Source of the DNA: an uncultured Fidelibacterota bacterium
GTDB lineage: Bacteria; Fidelibacterota; Marinisomatia; Marinisomatales; UBA8229
Direction of reading: 5' to 3'
Assembly: GCA_913041945.1 (NCBI GenBank)
Contig: CAJWIT010000002.1
Coordinates: 17,716-81,715, forward strand
Length of the DNA stretch: 64,000 bases
Below, piece by piece: positions 1-9,637 of this stretch (position 1 is its first letter; each line of letters opens with the position of its first letter). The position numbers were made by a program, and so were the translations under genes. The notes beneath the pieces are model-generated. The model worked only from the letters and a program-made list of their open reading frames with translations, ran no database searches and had not been told where the DNA came from.

Positions 1-1137
1 CGCCGATGGTCCGGTTATCTTGCAGCCACCAATTATGAACTGACCCACGAGAATGAATATTTCGCCATTCGAACCAAAGCCGCTCTATTAGACATCACAC
101 CTTTATACAAATATATTATTGAAGGCCCCGATGCTCAGCGCTTTTTAGATCGCATGGTAACGCGGAATATAGGTATCTGCAGGGTAGGTCAGGTCATGTA
201 CACCCCTTGGTGCGACGAAGACGGTAAACAGATTGATGATGGAACGATCCAGCGCTTATCTGATCAAAAATTTCGTATTACCAGCGCTGAACCCAATTTA
301 GAATGGATTGAATACAACGCCGCTGGTATGGACTTATCTATTTGGGATGATTCATATACAACCGCAGCCCTAGCTATTCAAGGCCCAAACTCCCGGACTA
401 TTTTAAATGCTGTTACCAGCGATTCCTTGAACAATCTCAATTTTTTCTGGATGATGGAAACCCGATTCGGTGATATACCTATCTCTATTTCCCGTACTGG
501 GTACACAGGCGATTTAGGGTATGAAATCTGGATGGATCCGAAGGATGCTTTGTCCGTCTGGGATTTGCTTATGGATATGGGTAAACCTTTCGGGATTACA
601 CCCACCGGACTACAAGCGCTGGATATGGCGCGCATCGAAGCGGGACTGATCTTGTTGGATGTTGATTATATTTCATCACGGCACGCCATTGTTGAATCCA
701 GAAAATCTTCTCCCTATGAACTGGGACTCGGATGGGCAGTAAAAATGAAGAAAAAAGATTTCATCGGTAAAAAAGCTTTGGAAGCTGAATTATCTCGTGG
801 ATCGAAATGGGAGTTTGTCGGCATTGAAATTCAGTGGGCTGAGCTGGAGAACCATTACCGAAATGTTGGTCTTGCACCTGGACTTCCAGGCACAGCTTGG
901 AGAACCAGTACACCATTATACAAAGGCAACAAACAAGTGGGTTATGCCACCAGTGGCTGCTGGTCTCCCATCCTGAAACGATACATCGCCTTGGCCCATG
1001 TCAAATCAGACTATGCGCAATCAGGTTCAACGTTGGATTTTGAATTAAAAGTAGAACACTATCGAAAAGTCACACCTGCAATCGTAGTCAAAACACCATT
1101 TTTTGATCCCGAAAGGAAACGGTCATGTCCGCAGTAA
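1..1137 (+). CDS. Aminomethyltransferase (GcvT / T-protein) family folate-binding protein, 5' end cut by window edge
   Basis: Frame 1 is open from nt 1 (RRWSGYLAATNYELTHENEYFAIRTKAALLDITPLYKYIIEGPDAQRFLDRM...), so the listed ORF 154..1137 is only the part after the first Met. GcvT-family blocks are present: E-x-x-A-x-R..aLLD, GPDA..FL, ISRTGYTGDLGYEIW, ARIEAG. The stop overlaps the next gene start by 13 nt. Confidence 0.8.
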   Translation, partial: RRWSGYLAATNYELTHENEYFAIRTKAALLDITPLYKYIIEGPDAQRFLDRMVTRNIGICRVGQVMYTPWCDEDGKQIDDGTIQRLSDQKFRITSAEPNLEWIEYNAAGMDLSIWDDSYTTAALAIQGPNSRTILNAVTSDSLNNLNFFWMMETRFGDIPISISRTGYTGDLGYEIWMDPKDALSVWDLLMDMGKPFGITPTGLQALDMARIEAGLILLDVDYISSRHAIVESRKSSPYELGLGWAVKMKKKDFIGKKALEAELSRGSKWEFVGIEIQWAELENHYRNVGLAPGLPGTAWRTSTPLYKGNKQVGYATSGCWSPILKRYIALAHVKSDYAQSGSTLDFELKVEHYRKVTPAIVVKTPFFDPERKRSCPQ

Positions 1138-2705
1138 AGAATTATGATGCTATTATAATCGGCGGTGGGCACAACGGCCTAACCGCTGCGGCTTACCTTG
1201 CCCGCGCTGGGAAAAAGGTGTTGGTTTTAGAACGGCGCTATGTACTCGGTGGTGCGGCTGTTACCGAAGAAGTGTTTCCCGGATTCAAATTTTCTATCTG
1301 TTCCTACGTGGTGAGTCTGTTAAAGCCCAATATCATTCGCGAACTGATGCTGCCGAAGTTCGGCCTAGAACTTCTTCCGCTGGAAAGTACCTTTACGCCG
1401 TTGGAGAATGATTACCTGCTACGTACTACCGATGAGGATCAAACATATCGAGAAATTTCCCGCCACTCCCCGCGGGACGCAGAAACATATATGCGTTTCG
1501 GTCCGCTTATGGGCCAGATCGGTATGGCAGTTCGTCCTATTCTGGAAACGATCGCGCCCAATGCGATTCGTCCCAGTCTAGCAGATTTGGGCGCTATGAA
1601 AAAACTTTTGAATCATTTCAAAACATTGAGCGACGAACAATTCGAATACTTGACCAAACTCATGACTATGAGTTCCGCGGACTTTTTGGATGAATGGTTT
1701 GAATTTGAGCCCTTGAAGGCCACCATGTCCGCCAGTGGTATCATCGGTACCTTTATGGGCCCCCGTTCGCCAGGTTCCGCCTATGTGATGCTACACCATT
1801 ATATGGGCGACATTGACGGTGCATTTCGTGCTTGGGGATTTCAAAGGGGCGGCACCGGTGCCGTCAGCATGGCCATTGCCTGCTCGGCTAAACATTTTGG
1901 CGCAGATATCCTAACCGAAGCACCAGTGGAAAAAGTCATCGTCAAGAATGGTCGTGCTATGGGTGTCGTGCTTGAAAATGGAGATGAATACCAAGCGGAC
2001 AAAGTGATCTCCGGGCTGGATCCAAAACTATCCTTTTTGAAAATGGTGGATGAAAGCGATCTGCCATCGGATTTTGTGACAGATATCAAAAACTTCCGCA
2101 TCCGTGGTTCATCTGGAAAAGTAAACCTGGCCCTGGATGGATTGCCCAATTTTATATCCCTGCCTGGCGATGGCCCCCACCTTCGAGGGGCTATTTCCAT
2201 CAGCCCAAGTTATGATTATTTGGAAAGGGCTTATGACGATGCCAAGTACGGCAATTTCTCCCAGGAACCGTATATGGATATCATTTTCCCATCCGTTATC
2301 GATCCGGGAATGGCACCACCTAATAAGCACGTTATGTCCTGTTTTGTCCAGTATGCACCCTACGATATTAAAGGTGGCTGGAATGATCAAAAACGAGAAG
2401 ACTTCGGCGACGCAGTCGTTAATGCAATTGCCAGGTTCGCACCCAACATTAAGGATATCATTCTTCATCGGCAGGTGCTATCGCCTGCTGATCTGGAAGC
2501 GACTTTTGGATTGACGGAAGGTAATATTTTTCATGGTGAGCTAACCCTTCAACAATTGTTTGTCCTGCGGCCGGCAGCGAAATGGGCCGATTACAGAACA
2601 CCGATAAAAAATTATTATCAATGCGGCTCTGGCACACACCCCGGTGGCGGGATTACCGGATCACCCGGGGAAATGTCCGCCAAAAAAATCTTAAGGAACT
2701 GGTAA
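1125..2705 (+). CDS. NAD(P)/FAD-dependent oxidoreductase, phytoene-desaturase-related (CrtI/COG1233) family
   Basis: 526-aa ORF. N-terminal Rossmann dinucleotide motif YDAIIIGGGHNGLTAAAYLARAGKKVLVLERRYVLGGAA. C-terminal family block FGLTEGNIFHGELTLQQLF..RP...Y.TPI.NYYQCGSGTHPGGGITG. Confidence 0.8.
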   Translation: MSAVKNYDAIIIGGGHNGLTAAAYLARAGKKVLVLERRYVLGGAAVTEEVFPGFKFSICSYVVSLLKPNIIRELMLPKFGLELLPLESTFTPLENDYLLRTTDEDQTYREISRHSPRDAETYMRFGPLMGQIGMAVRPILETIAPNAIRPSLADLGAMKKLLNHFKTLSDEQFEYLTKLMTMSSADFLDEWFEFEPLKATMSASGIIGTFMGPRSPGSAYVMLHHYMGDIDGAFRAWGFQRGGTGAVSMAIACSAKHFGADILTEAPVEKVIVKNGRAMGVVLENGDEYQADKVISGLDPKLSFLKMVDESDLPSDFVTDIKNFRIRGSSGKVNLALDGLPNFISLPGDGPHLRGAISISPSYDYLERAYDDAKYGNFSQEPYMDIIFPSVIDPGMAPPNKHVMSCFVQYAPYDIKGGWNDQKREDFGDAVVNAIARFAPNIKDIILHRQVLSPADLEATFGLTEGNIFHGELTLQQLFVLRPAAKWADYRTPIKNYYQCGSGTHPGGGITGSPGEMSAKKILRNW

Positions 2706-4273
2706 TGAACCAGTTTGATATAATCGTTGTTGGCGGTGGTGTGAACAGTTTGGTCACCGCTTCGATTCTTGGCCAGTCCGAGAAAAAGGTACTTTTACTG
2801 GAAGCACAGAATCAAATTGGAGGTTTAGCTTCCACTACAGAATTTGCACCGGGGTATAAATGCAATTTGGTGAATGATGTAGTGAAATGGATCGATCCAA
2901 GAGTCCTGAAAAAACTGGATATTGAATCTCATGGTATGGAATTGTTTTCACCAGATGTGGTACGAATCGCGCTGGATACTGATGATCAACATATTTTATT
3001 TCACCGCAATGCGGACCAAACTACCGCGTCCATTTCAACCCATTCTGAGAAAGATGCCAAAGCCTGGAAAGAATTCACTATATATATTGGTAATCTTACC
3101 CACTTTTTAGAAAAGCTCTATGAATTGACCCCACCAAAACTACCGGACATTGGACTCAAAGAAGCCCTGTCTATGCGGACCATGTTAACGCCTGTCCGAA
3201 AACATGGCATCCGGGGTTTAGTGGATTTCTTGCGCGTGGTGCCTATGATGATGCCGGAGCTCATGAACGAATGGTTCGAATCAGAATTGCTCCGGGGTGC
3301 TATTTCTGCAGCCGGGATTCACCATATCACATTGGGACCTTTCGCTACTGCTACCGGGTATAATCTTCTTCATCAGCATGTATATTCTGATAGCGTTTTT
3401 CACAATGCACATTTCATAAAAGGGGGAACAGGAAACCTGGCGGAAACATTGCTTAAGTCCGCTAAATCTAATGGGGTTGAGATTCGAACCAGTTCAACAG
3501 TACAATCCATTGACGTGGCCAATGGTATTTGCAACGGAGTTACACTGGAAGATGGAGAAAGAATCACAACCACAAAGGTTATCTCTGGTCTGGATCCTAC
3601 ACATACATTTATCAAATTAGTCGGTCCGGCAGAACTGAACCCATCCTTTTTTACACAAGTCCGGAATATCAAATATCGTGGTAGTGTGTCTAGAATCCAT
3701 TTTGCATTGAACAGTCTTCCGGAAATTAAAGGTGTTTCACAAGATCAAATGGGGACAGTTTTTTCCGTAAGCCCATCCATAAAATATATTGAACGGGCTG
3801 CTGATGCAGCCAAGTATGGATGCATCGCAGATGATCCGTATGTTGAATTCACCATCCCATCGATAATCAATTCTAACTTCGCCCCTAAAGGTAAACATGT
3901 TTTGTCTGCAACGGTGCAATATACACCTTATCACTTACGAAATCAAACTTGGTCGGAAGAGTTAAAAGTCCGATTGAAAAATAATGTCGTCCATGTTTTA
4001 GAAAATTATATCCCCGGATTTTCGACTCAGATTAAATCTTCCGCTGTGTTTTCTCCTATGGATCTGGAAGATAAATTTGGCTTGACTGAAGGCAATTTAA
4101 ATCATGGGGAAATGACGCTGAATCAGTTCTTCTTCATGCGACCAACCATAAGTTCAGCACAATATAAATCCCCCATAGAAAATCTGTATCTTTGCGGCCC
4201 CAGTACTCATCCCGGTGGTGGACTCCATGGTGCCAATGGCTTTAACGCAGCACGCGAAATATTGAAACTATAG
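2705..4273 (+). CDS. NAD(P)/FAD-dependent oxidoreductase, CrtI/COG1233 family (diverged tandem paralogue of previous gene)
   Basis: Start moved to ATG 2705 (MNQFDIIVVGGGVNSLV...), which overlaps the upstream TAA as TAATG. The 41-aa extension from 2582 lies inside the previous gene. Same C-terminal block as its neighbour: FGLTEGNLNHGEMTLNQFFFMRP...YKSPIENLYLCGPSTHPGGGLHG. Confidence 0.8.
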   Translation: MNQFDIIVVGGGVNSLVTASILGQSEKKVLLLEAQNQIGGLASTTEFAPGYKCNLVNDVVKWIDPRVLKKLDIESHGMELFSPDVVRIALDTDDQHILFHRNADQTTASISTHSEKDAKAWKEFTIYIGNLTHFLEKLYELTPPKLPDIGLKEALSMRTMLTPVRKHGIRGLVDFLRVVPMMMPELMNEWFESELLRGAISAAGIHHITLGPFATATGYNLLHQHVYSDSVFHNAHFIKGGTGNLAETLLKSAKSNGVEIRTSSTVQSIDVANGICNGVTLEDGERITTTKVISGLDPTHTFIKLVGPAELNPSFFTQVRNIKYRGSVSRIHFALNSLPEIKGVSQDQMGTVFSVSPSIKYIERAADAAKYGCIADDPYVEFTIPSIINSNFAPKGKHVLSATVQYTPYHLRNQTWSEELKVRLKNNVVHVLENYIPGFSTQIKSSAVFSPMDLEDKFGLTEGNLNHGEMTLNQFFFMRPTISSAQYKSPIENLYLCGPSTHPGGGLHGANGFNAAREILKL

Positions 4274-4337
4274 GAAAAAGAATTAATCGAAACGTTCAAT
4301 TTGCTTACCAATGATGGATTCGTTTGTGAATTTTTAA

Positions 4338-4883
4338 CAGGGAGAAATACTCCGAATATTTAGTGAATGATCAATTTTTTGGCGGACTCCAACTTCCAAA
4401 AGATACTGGATTCGACCCAATTAGATTTATCTATAGAATAACTAAGTCCCTCAATAAAAAAATGTGTTCATATATGAACATTCAAAAGTCATTACTGTTG
4501 AATCAATTGGAAGTAAAGGAATCCTTAAAATTTCAATTGGAAAAGGGGAAATTAACTGTGCAATAGTTCTGCTCTTCACTAACGCATATACAAGAAAAAT
4601 TTCAGATGAATGGATGGATTTTATTGTCACTATTTAGGGACAGGTTTTCGTAACAAATCCTGTTCAAAAGTCTATGTTTAAAGAGGTGGTTGATGCTAAT
4701 TTCAGTTATGAATATTGGCGCCAGCTTTCTGATGGGCGCCTTATGGTAGAAGGATCGACAGGACATGGTTTAGGATTTGCGGTAGGAAGCACAAAAGTGG
4801 CCGCTAAACTCCTGGTTAATAGGTTCTCAGAAATGTCCGATTTGTTCCATCCTAAACGATTTAATTTTAAAGGGAGAGCATAG
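4338..4883 (+). pseudogene. Decayed FAD-dependent oxidoreductase (DAO / DadA-like family) remnant
   Basis: Fragments in different frames, broken by stops, read like the middle and C-terminus of a DAO-family flavoprotein. They are ..FFGGLQLPKDTGFDPIRFIYRITKSL.. (4363-4566, ends in TAG), then LLFTNAYTRKISDEWMDFIVTI*GQVFVTNPVQ...YWRQLSDGRLMVEGSTGHGLGFAVGSTKVAAKLLVN (to 4883). There is no N-terminal GxGxxG segment. About 100 aa seem deleted between GRLMVEG and STGHG. Confidence 0.5.
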
Positions 4884-4886
4884 AAT

Positions 4887-6077
4887 TTGGCACAAGCTTT
4901 AGAAACAGTCATTGTTGCAGGGAAAAGAACCCCAATAGGATCTTTCCAAGGAAGTTTGGCAAACATTTCCGCACCGAAATTAGGGTCAATAGCAATTGAT
5001 TCAGTTCTAAAAGAATCCAAAGTTTCTGCAGAAAGAATAGATGAAGTAATTATGGGAAATGTATTACCTGCGGGGCTTGGCCAAGCTCCAGCTCGGCAGG
5101 CGGCCCTTGGAGCGGGATTACCTAATTCTGTGGAATGCCTCACCATAAATAAAATGTGTGGTTCCGGATTAAAAGCTGTAATGCTTGCATCTCAGGCAAT
5201 CCAAAGCGGGGATGCAAACGTGATCGTAGCTGGGGGAATGGAAAATATGTCCCAAGCACCTTATCTCCTTTCAAAAGCTCGAAAGGGTTACCGAATGGGA
5301 CATGGGAAAATTATTGATAGCATGATCCAAGACGGCCTTTGGGATGTGTACAATGACATGCACATGGGAAATTGTGCAGAACTTTGTGCCAGAGAAAGGA
5401 ATTATTCCCGGGAAGCCCAGGATGCTGTGGCAATTAAGTCCTATACTCTGGCTCAACACGCACAAAAAAAGGGGTTATTCAAAAAAGAAATCGTACCAGT
5501 TGAAATTCCCCAGAAAAAAGGAGAAATAGTTTTAGTCAAAGAGGATGAAGAACCGGGCAGGGCCAGATTTGAAAAAATTCCTACTCTGCGTCCTGCATTT
5601 GAAAAAAAAGGTACCGTTACCGCAGCCAATGCTTCTAAAATCAGCGACGGGGCTGCAGCATTGCTGGTTACAAATTTAAGTACAGTAAAAGAATTGGGTA
5701 TGTCTCCCAATGTAAGGATTCTTGCCCAGGCTACCGCAGCTCAAGCGCCTGAGTGGTTTACAACGGCACCAGTGAAAGCAGTTGGAAAAGTTTTACAGAA
5801 AGCAGGAATGGAAGCCAAGGACATAGACTTGTGGGAGATTAATGAAGCCTTTGCACCGGTGGCAATGGCAGCCGTAGATGAATTTCAACTTGATTGGGAA
5901 AAAGTAAATGTCCATGGGGGGGCTATTGCCCTCGGGCATCCAATCGGTGCTTCGGGCGCCCGTATTTTGGTAACCTTAATCCATGCTATGAATATAAGAA
6001 AAGCAAAAATTGGGCTGGCTACCTTATGCATTGGTGGAGGTGAAGCATCGGCACTGATTGTAGAGCGGATAGAATGA
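4887..6077 (+). CDS. Acetyl-CoA C-acetyltransferase (thiolase II)
   Basis: 396 aa. Thiolase blocks are present: [29 protein letters not shown] (active-site Cys), [32 protein letters not shown]. The start is TTG at 4887; an in-frame TAG lies 4 nt upstream and no ATG is available. Confidence 0.9.
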   Translation: MAQALETVIVAGKRTPIGSFQGSLANISAPKLGSIAIDSVLKESKVSAERIDEVIMGNVLPAGLGQAPARQAALGAGLPNSVECLTINKMCGSGLKAVMLASQAIQSGDANVIVAGGMENMSQAPYLLSKARKGYRMGHGKIIDSMIQDGLWDVYNDMHMGNCAELCARERNYSREAQDAVAIKSYTLAQHAQKKGLFKKEIVPVEIPQKKGEIVLVKEDEEPGRARFEKIPTLRPAFEKKGTVTAANASKISDGAAALLVTNLSTVKELGMSPNVRILAQATAAQAPEWFTTAPVKAVGKVLQKAGMEAKDIDLWEINEAFAPVAMAAVDEFQLDWEKVNVHGGAIALGHPIGASGARILVTLIHAMNIRKAKIGLATLCIGGGEASALIVERIE

Positions 6078-6916
6078 AAAAAATCGGAGTGATCGGTGCT
6101 GGAACTATGGGAACCGGAATTGCTCATGTTAGCGCCTTGTCAGGTTTTGATGTCACCCTAGTTGACATCGAACAAAACCTGCTTGAGCACAGTCTAACTT
6201 CTATTAAAAAAAGCCTGAAACGGCAAGTAGATAAGAAAAAGATCTCCCAAGATGAAATGAATGCTGCTCTAGTTCGAATTCAGACTATAACAGAAATGAA
6301 ATCATTGTCATCTGAAGATATTGTTATCGAAGCCGCAACTGAAAACAAAGAGGCCAAAATGTCCATTTTCAGCGAGTTGGATACTTTCTGTCCGGAAAAA
6401 ACGATCTTAGCTTCGAACACTTCCTCCATATCTATCTCACTTATTGCTTCCGCTACCAATCGTCCTGAAAAAGTAATCGGAATGCATTTCATGAATCCGG
6501 TCCCTATCATGAAACTCGTAGAAATTATTCGAGGGAAGTTGACCTCAGACGAAACAACGGAAAAAGTCAAAAATCTTGTTGAGGTGTTTAATAAAATTCC
6601 TGTTGAATGCAATGATTCTCCTGGATTTGTCTCTAACAGAATTCTGATGCCCATGATCAACGAAGCAGTTTGCTGTCTGGCGGATGGAGTGGCAACCGCT
6701 GAAGCAATTGATAAAATAATGACGCTTGGTATGGCCCATCCTATGGGACCTTTGACTCTGGCTGATCTAATCGGCTTGGATATCTGCCTTGCAATTATGA
6801 AAGTGCTCCATCGAGACATGGGTGATAATAAATACCGCCCCTGTCCTCTTTTGGAGGAAATGGTTTCAGCCGGCAATTTGGGCCGTAAAACAGGACAAGG
6901 TTTCTATAGCTATTAG
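6074..6916 (+). CDS. hbd: 3-hydroxybutyryl/3-hydroxyacyl-CoA dehydrogenase (NAD-dependent)
   Basis: 280 aa. [17 protein letters not shown] Rossmann motif, then ..ASNTSS.., [19 protein letters not shown]., GPL.L.DLIGLD. ATGA overlap with the thiolase stop. Confidence 0.9.
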   Translation: MKKIGVIGAGTMGTGIAHVSALSGFDVTLVDIEQNLLEHSLTSIKKSLKRQVDKKKISQDEMNAALVRIQTITEMKSLSSEDIVIEAATENKEAKMSIFSELDTFCPEKTILASNTSSISISLIASATNRPEKVIGMHFMNPVPIMKLVEIIRGKLTSDETTEKVKNLVEVFNKIPVECNDSPGFVSNRILMPMINEAVCCLADGVATAEAIDKIMTLGMAHPMGPLTLADLIGLDICLAIMKVLHRDMGDNKYRPCPLLEEMVSAGNLGRKTGQGFYSY

Positions 6917-6931
6917 TACAATAAAAAATAC

Positions 6932-8074
6932 ATGAATTTTCAATTAACAGAAGAACAGGAATTACTCCGTGATGTAGCGCGGAAATTTGCCGAAGAACAT
7001 CTCGCTCCCGGGGTAATCGAACGGGATGACAAAGCAAAAATGCCGGTTGATCAAATTAAACAGTTGGGCGAATTAGGTTTTATGGGCATCATGGTACCGG
7101 AAAAATGGAAGGGGGCCGGGATGGATACTGTCAGCTATGTCCTGGCCATAGAGGAAATATCAAGGATTGATGCCTCTGCAGGAGTGATTTTATCGGTCAA
7201 CAATTCATTAGTCTGCCAAATCTTTCTCGATTGGGCCAATGAACACCAGCTCAAATCTTACCTGACAAAACTTGCTTCAGGAAAATGGCTGGGAGCGTTC
7301 AGTTTGAGCGAACCTCAGTCCGGTTCAGATGCCAGTAATTTGCGAACCTTTGCAGAAAAAAGTAATGGACATTATATTCTCAACGGGACAAAAAACTGGG
7401 TTTCAAATGGAATCAGTTCCGATTTGGTGATCGTGTTTGCTCTCACAACAAAAGGGATCGGATATAAGGGAGTTTCTGCCTTTTGTGTAGAAAAGGGGAC
7501 ACCGGGATTGACCACCGGGAAAAAAGAGGAAAAATTAGGAATCAGGGGTTCTGACACGTGTGAACTATACTTTGAAAATTGCAAGGTACCGGTTGAAAAC
7601 CTGATTCAAGAAGAAGGCTCCGGATTTCATATTGCAATGAAGACCCTCGATGGCGGTCGAATTGGAATTGGTGCCCAAGCAGTGGGGATTGCCCAAGCTT
7701 CCCTTGACCGGGCATTGGAGTATTCCAAAGAAAGAAAACAATTCGGGAAACCCATAAGTTCTTTTGGTGCAATTAAAAGTAAGCTCGCTCAAATGGCCAC
7801 AAAGATAGAAGCGTCCCGCTTGTTGGTTCTTCGTGCAGCTGCTTTGAAAGACAATCATCAACCCTACGCCAAAGAAGCGGCAATGGCTAAGCTATTCGCT
7901 TCCCAAACTGCCATGGAAACTTCCAGAGATTGTGTCCAAATTTTTGGTGGATATGGGTATATGCAGGAATATGGTGTTGAACGGCTTATGCGTGATGCTA
8001 AAATCACACAGATTTACGAGGGAACTTCTGAGATTCAAGAGCTCGTTATTGCCAAAACAATTTTGGAGAAATAA
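6932..8074 (+). CDS. Acyl-CoA dehydrogenase (short/branched-chain type)
   Basis: 380 aa. ACAD blocks: LTEEQ..LRD..R.FA, GAFSLSEPQSGSDA, GTKNWVSNG, IGIGAQAVGIAQ, QIFGGYGY..EY.VER..RDAKITQIYEGTSEIQ. Confidence 0.9.
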   Translation: MNFQLTEEQELLRDVARKFAEEHLAPGVIERDDKAKMPVDQIKQLGELGFMGIMVPEKWKGAGMDTVSYVLAIEEISRIDASAGVILSVNNSLVCQIFLDWANEHQLKSYLTKLASGKWLGAFSLSEPQSGSDASNLRTFAEKSNGHYILNGTKNWVSNGISSDLVIVFALTTKGIGYKGVSAFCVEKGTPGLTTGKKEEKLGIRGSDTCELYFENCKVPVENLIQEEGSGFHIAMKTLDGGRIGIGAQAVGIAQASLDRALEYSKERKQFGKPISSFGAIKSKLAQMATKIEASRLLVLRAAALKDNHQPYAKEAAMAKLFASQTAMETSRDCVQIFGGYGYMQEYGVERLMRDAKITQIYEGTSEIQELVIAKTILEK

Positions 8075-8077
8075 AAA

Positions 8078-9112
8078 GTGGAAGACATAAAAATTTTACA
8101 AGATATTGATTGGGATAACCTCATATTTGATTTAACACCAACGCGATCAATGTACATAGCTGAACAAAGGGATAACAAAGTCTGGGAAGGGGGAAAATTG
8201 GTACCGTTTGGGAATGTGTCCATGTCACCAGCAGCTGGTGTGCTGAATTACGGCCAAGGGATATTCGAAGGGTTAAAAGCTTTTCGGACCAGCCGAGAAC
8301 GCATTGTGCTCTTTCGTCCGGAAAACAATGCTATTCGTGCCATTCAATCAGCAGAAAGACTGTGTATACCACCTGTCCCACAAGAAATGTTTATGGAAGC
8401 CATCTTACAAGTTGTTAAAGACAATTCAGATTACATCCCTCCCCGGGGGAAGGGAAGTCTTTATATCCGTCCTGTCATTTGGGGAACCGGAACAGTTTTG
8501 GGAGTAAAACCTGCCCAATCTTACACATTTTTAGTATTTGTATCACCAGTAGGACATTATTTTAAAAACAGTGAGAAGTGTCTGCACCTAAAAATTACAA
8601 ATAAATTTCACCGGAGTGCTCCCCGGGGAACCGGAGGATTTAAAACAATCGGAAATTATGCGGCCTCTCTCCTGCCTCAAAAATTAGCAAAAAAAGCTGG
8701 GTTTGATGAAGTCATCTACCTGAATGCTGCCAATGAACATTTTGTTGATGAAGTTGGATCAGCCAATTTATTCATTCTCAAAGATAATACACTGGTAACC
8801 CCATCTCTAACGGGATCAATTCTTCCTGGAGTAACAAGAGATTCCGTGATTCAAATTGCAAAAAAAATATTGAGACTAGAGGTTCAGGAAAGAGAGGTTT
8901 CTGTTGATGAAGTATTAGATGCTGATGAAGTTTTCTGCAGCGGAACTGCCGTTAACGTAACATCGATCGGAGAAATTACAACGGATGAAACATTTAGAAT
9001 AATCAGTGGCGGGAAAATTGGTCCATTCACAAAGCGAATTGGCGAAATACTTTCAGGAATCCGCGACGAAACTGTTGAAGATCAATTCGAGTGGCTTTTC
9101 CCTGTATTCTGA
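8078..9112 (+). CDS. ilvE: Branched-chain amino acid aminotransferase (fold-type IV, long form)
   Basis: 344 aa, GTG start 3 nt after the ACAD stop. Blocks: LNYGQGIFEGLKAFR, G.GSLYIRP, APRGTGGFKTIGNYAAS (catalytic Lys region), EVGSANLF, LPGVTRDS. Confidence 0.85.
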   Translation: MEDIKILQDIDWDNLIFDLTPTRSMYIAEQRDNKVWEGGKLVPFGNVSMSPAAGVLNYGQGIFEGLKAFRTSRERIVLFRPENNAIRAIQSAERLCIPPVPQEMFMEAILQVVKDNSDYIPPRGKGSLYIRPVIWGTGTVLGVKPAQSYTFLVFVSPVGHYFKNSEKCLHLKITNKFHRSAPRGTGGFKTIGNYAASLLPQKLAKKAGFDEVIYLNAANEHFVDEVGSANLFILKDNTLVTPSLTGSILPGVTRDSVIQIAKKILRLEVQEREVSVDEVLDADEVFCSGTAVNVTSIGEITTDETFRIISGGKIGPFTKRIGEILSGIRDETVEDQFEWLFPVF

Positions 9113-9156
9113 AACTAGCAATAGGATAACCGTTCGCATTTTGCTCCAGATTTAAA

Positions 9157-9582
9157 ATGGGTAGAAAAAAACATCCCAGAAGATTCGGGCGAGAAGGAGT
9201 ATTCCAAGGATTATATGCCCTGGAAATATCCAGCGAACCAAAAGAAAAAGTGCTGGCTGACATCCTGAACCGATATTCATTTAATATAAAAAGTCAAGCT
9301 TTTATCTCAGACTTATTTTTCAAAACAGTGGAAAATAAAACTTGGCTGGAAAAGGTAATAACACAACATCTTGATAATTGGGAAATTAATCGGATCGCTC
9401 TTCTGGATAAGCTCATTTTACAGATGGCAATCAGTGAATTATATTTTATGGATGATGTACCTCCTAAGGTTACCCTCTCTGAAGCAATTGAAATTGCTAA
9501 AAAGTATAGTACCGAGGAAAGCTCAAGCTTCGTAAATGGTATCCTTGATGCAGTATATAAAGAAAGAGAAAAATTAACGTGA
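9157..9582 (+). CDS. nusB: Transcription antitermination factor NusB
   Basis: 141 aa. R..R...FQ.LY..E, W...R.....D..IL..A..EL.....VP.KV...EAIE.AK.Y....S..FVNGILD. Confidence 0.85.
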   Translation: MGRKKHPRRFGREGVFQGLYALEISSEPKEKVLADILNRYSFNIKSQAFISDLFFKTVENKTWLEKVITQHLDNWEINRIALLDKLILQMAISELYFMDDVPPKVTLSEAIEIAKKYSTEESSSFVNGILDAVYKEREKLT

Positions 9583-9637
9583 GAAAATCTGTGTAAATTT
9601 TAACCTCTTTTATAGAAAACTAATTTAAATTTTAAAA

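Noticed and set aside
2582-2704. 41-codon N-terminal extension of the second oxidoreductase ORF
   Set aside because: It lies entirely inside the preceding gene in another frame. The Rossmann motif begins right after ATG 2705, which forms a TAATG junction with the upstream stop.
6280-6876. 198-aa antisense ORF opposite hbd, and similar antisense ORFs such as 378-635, 1841-2468, 4706-5146, 11328-12240 and 25037-25405
   Set aside because: All are fully nested opposite genes with strong family signatures. They have low-complexity or odd composition and no recognisable motifs, which is typical of shadow ORFs.
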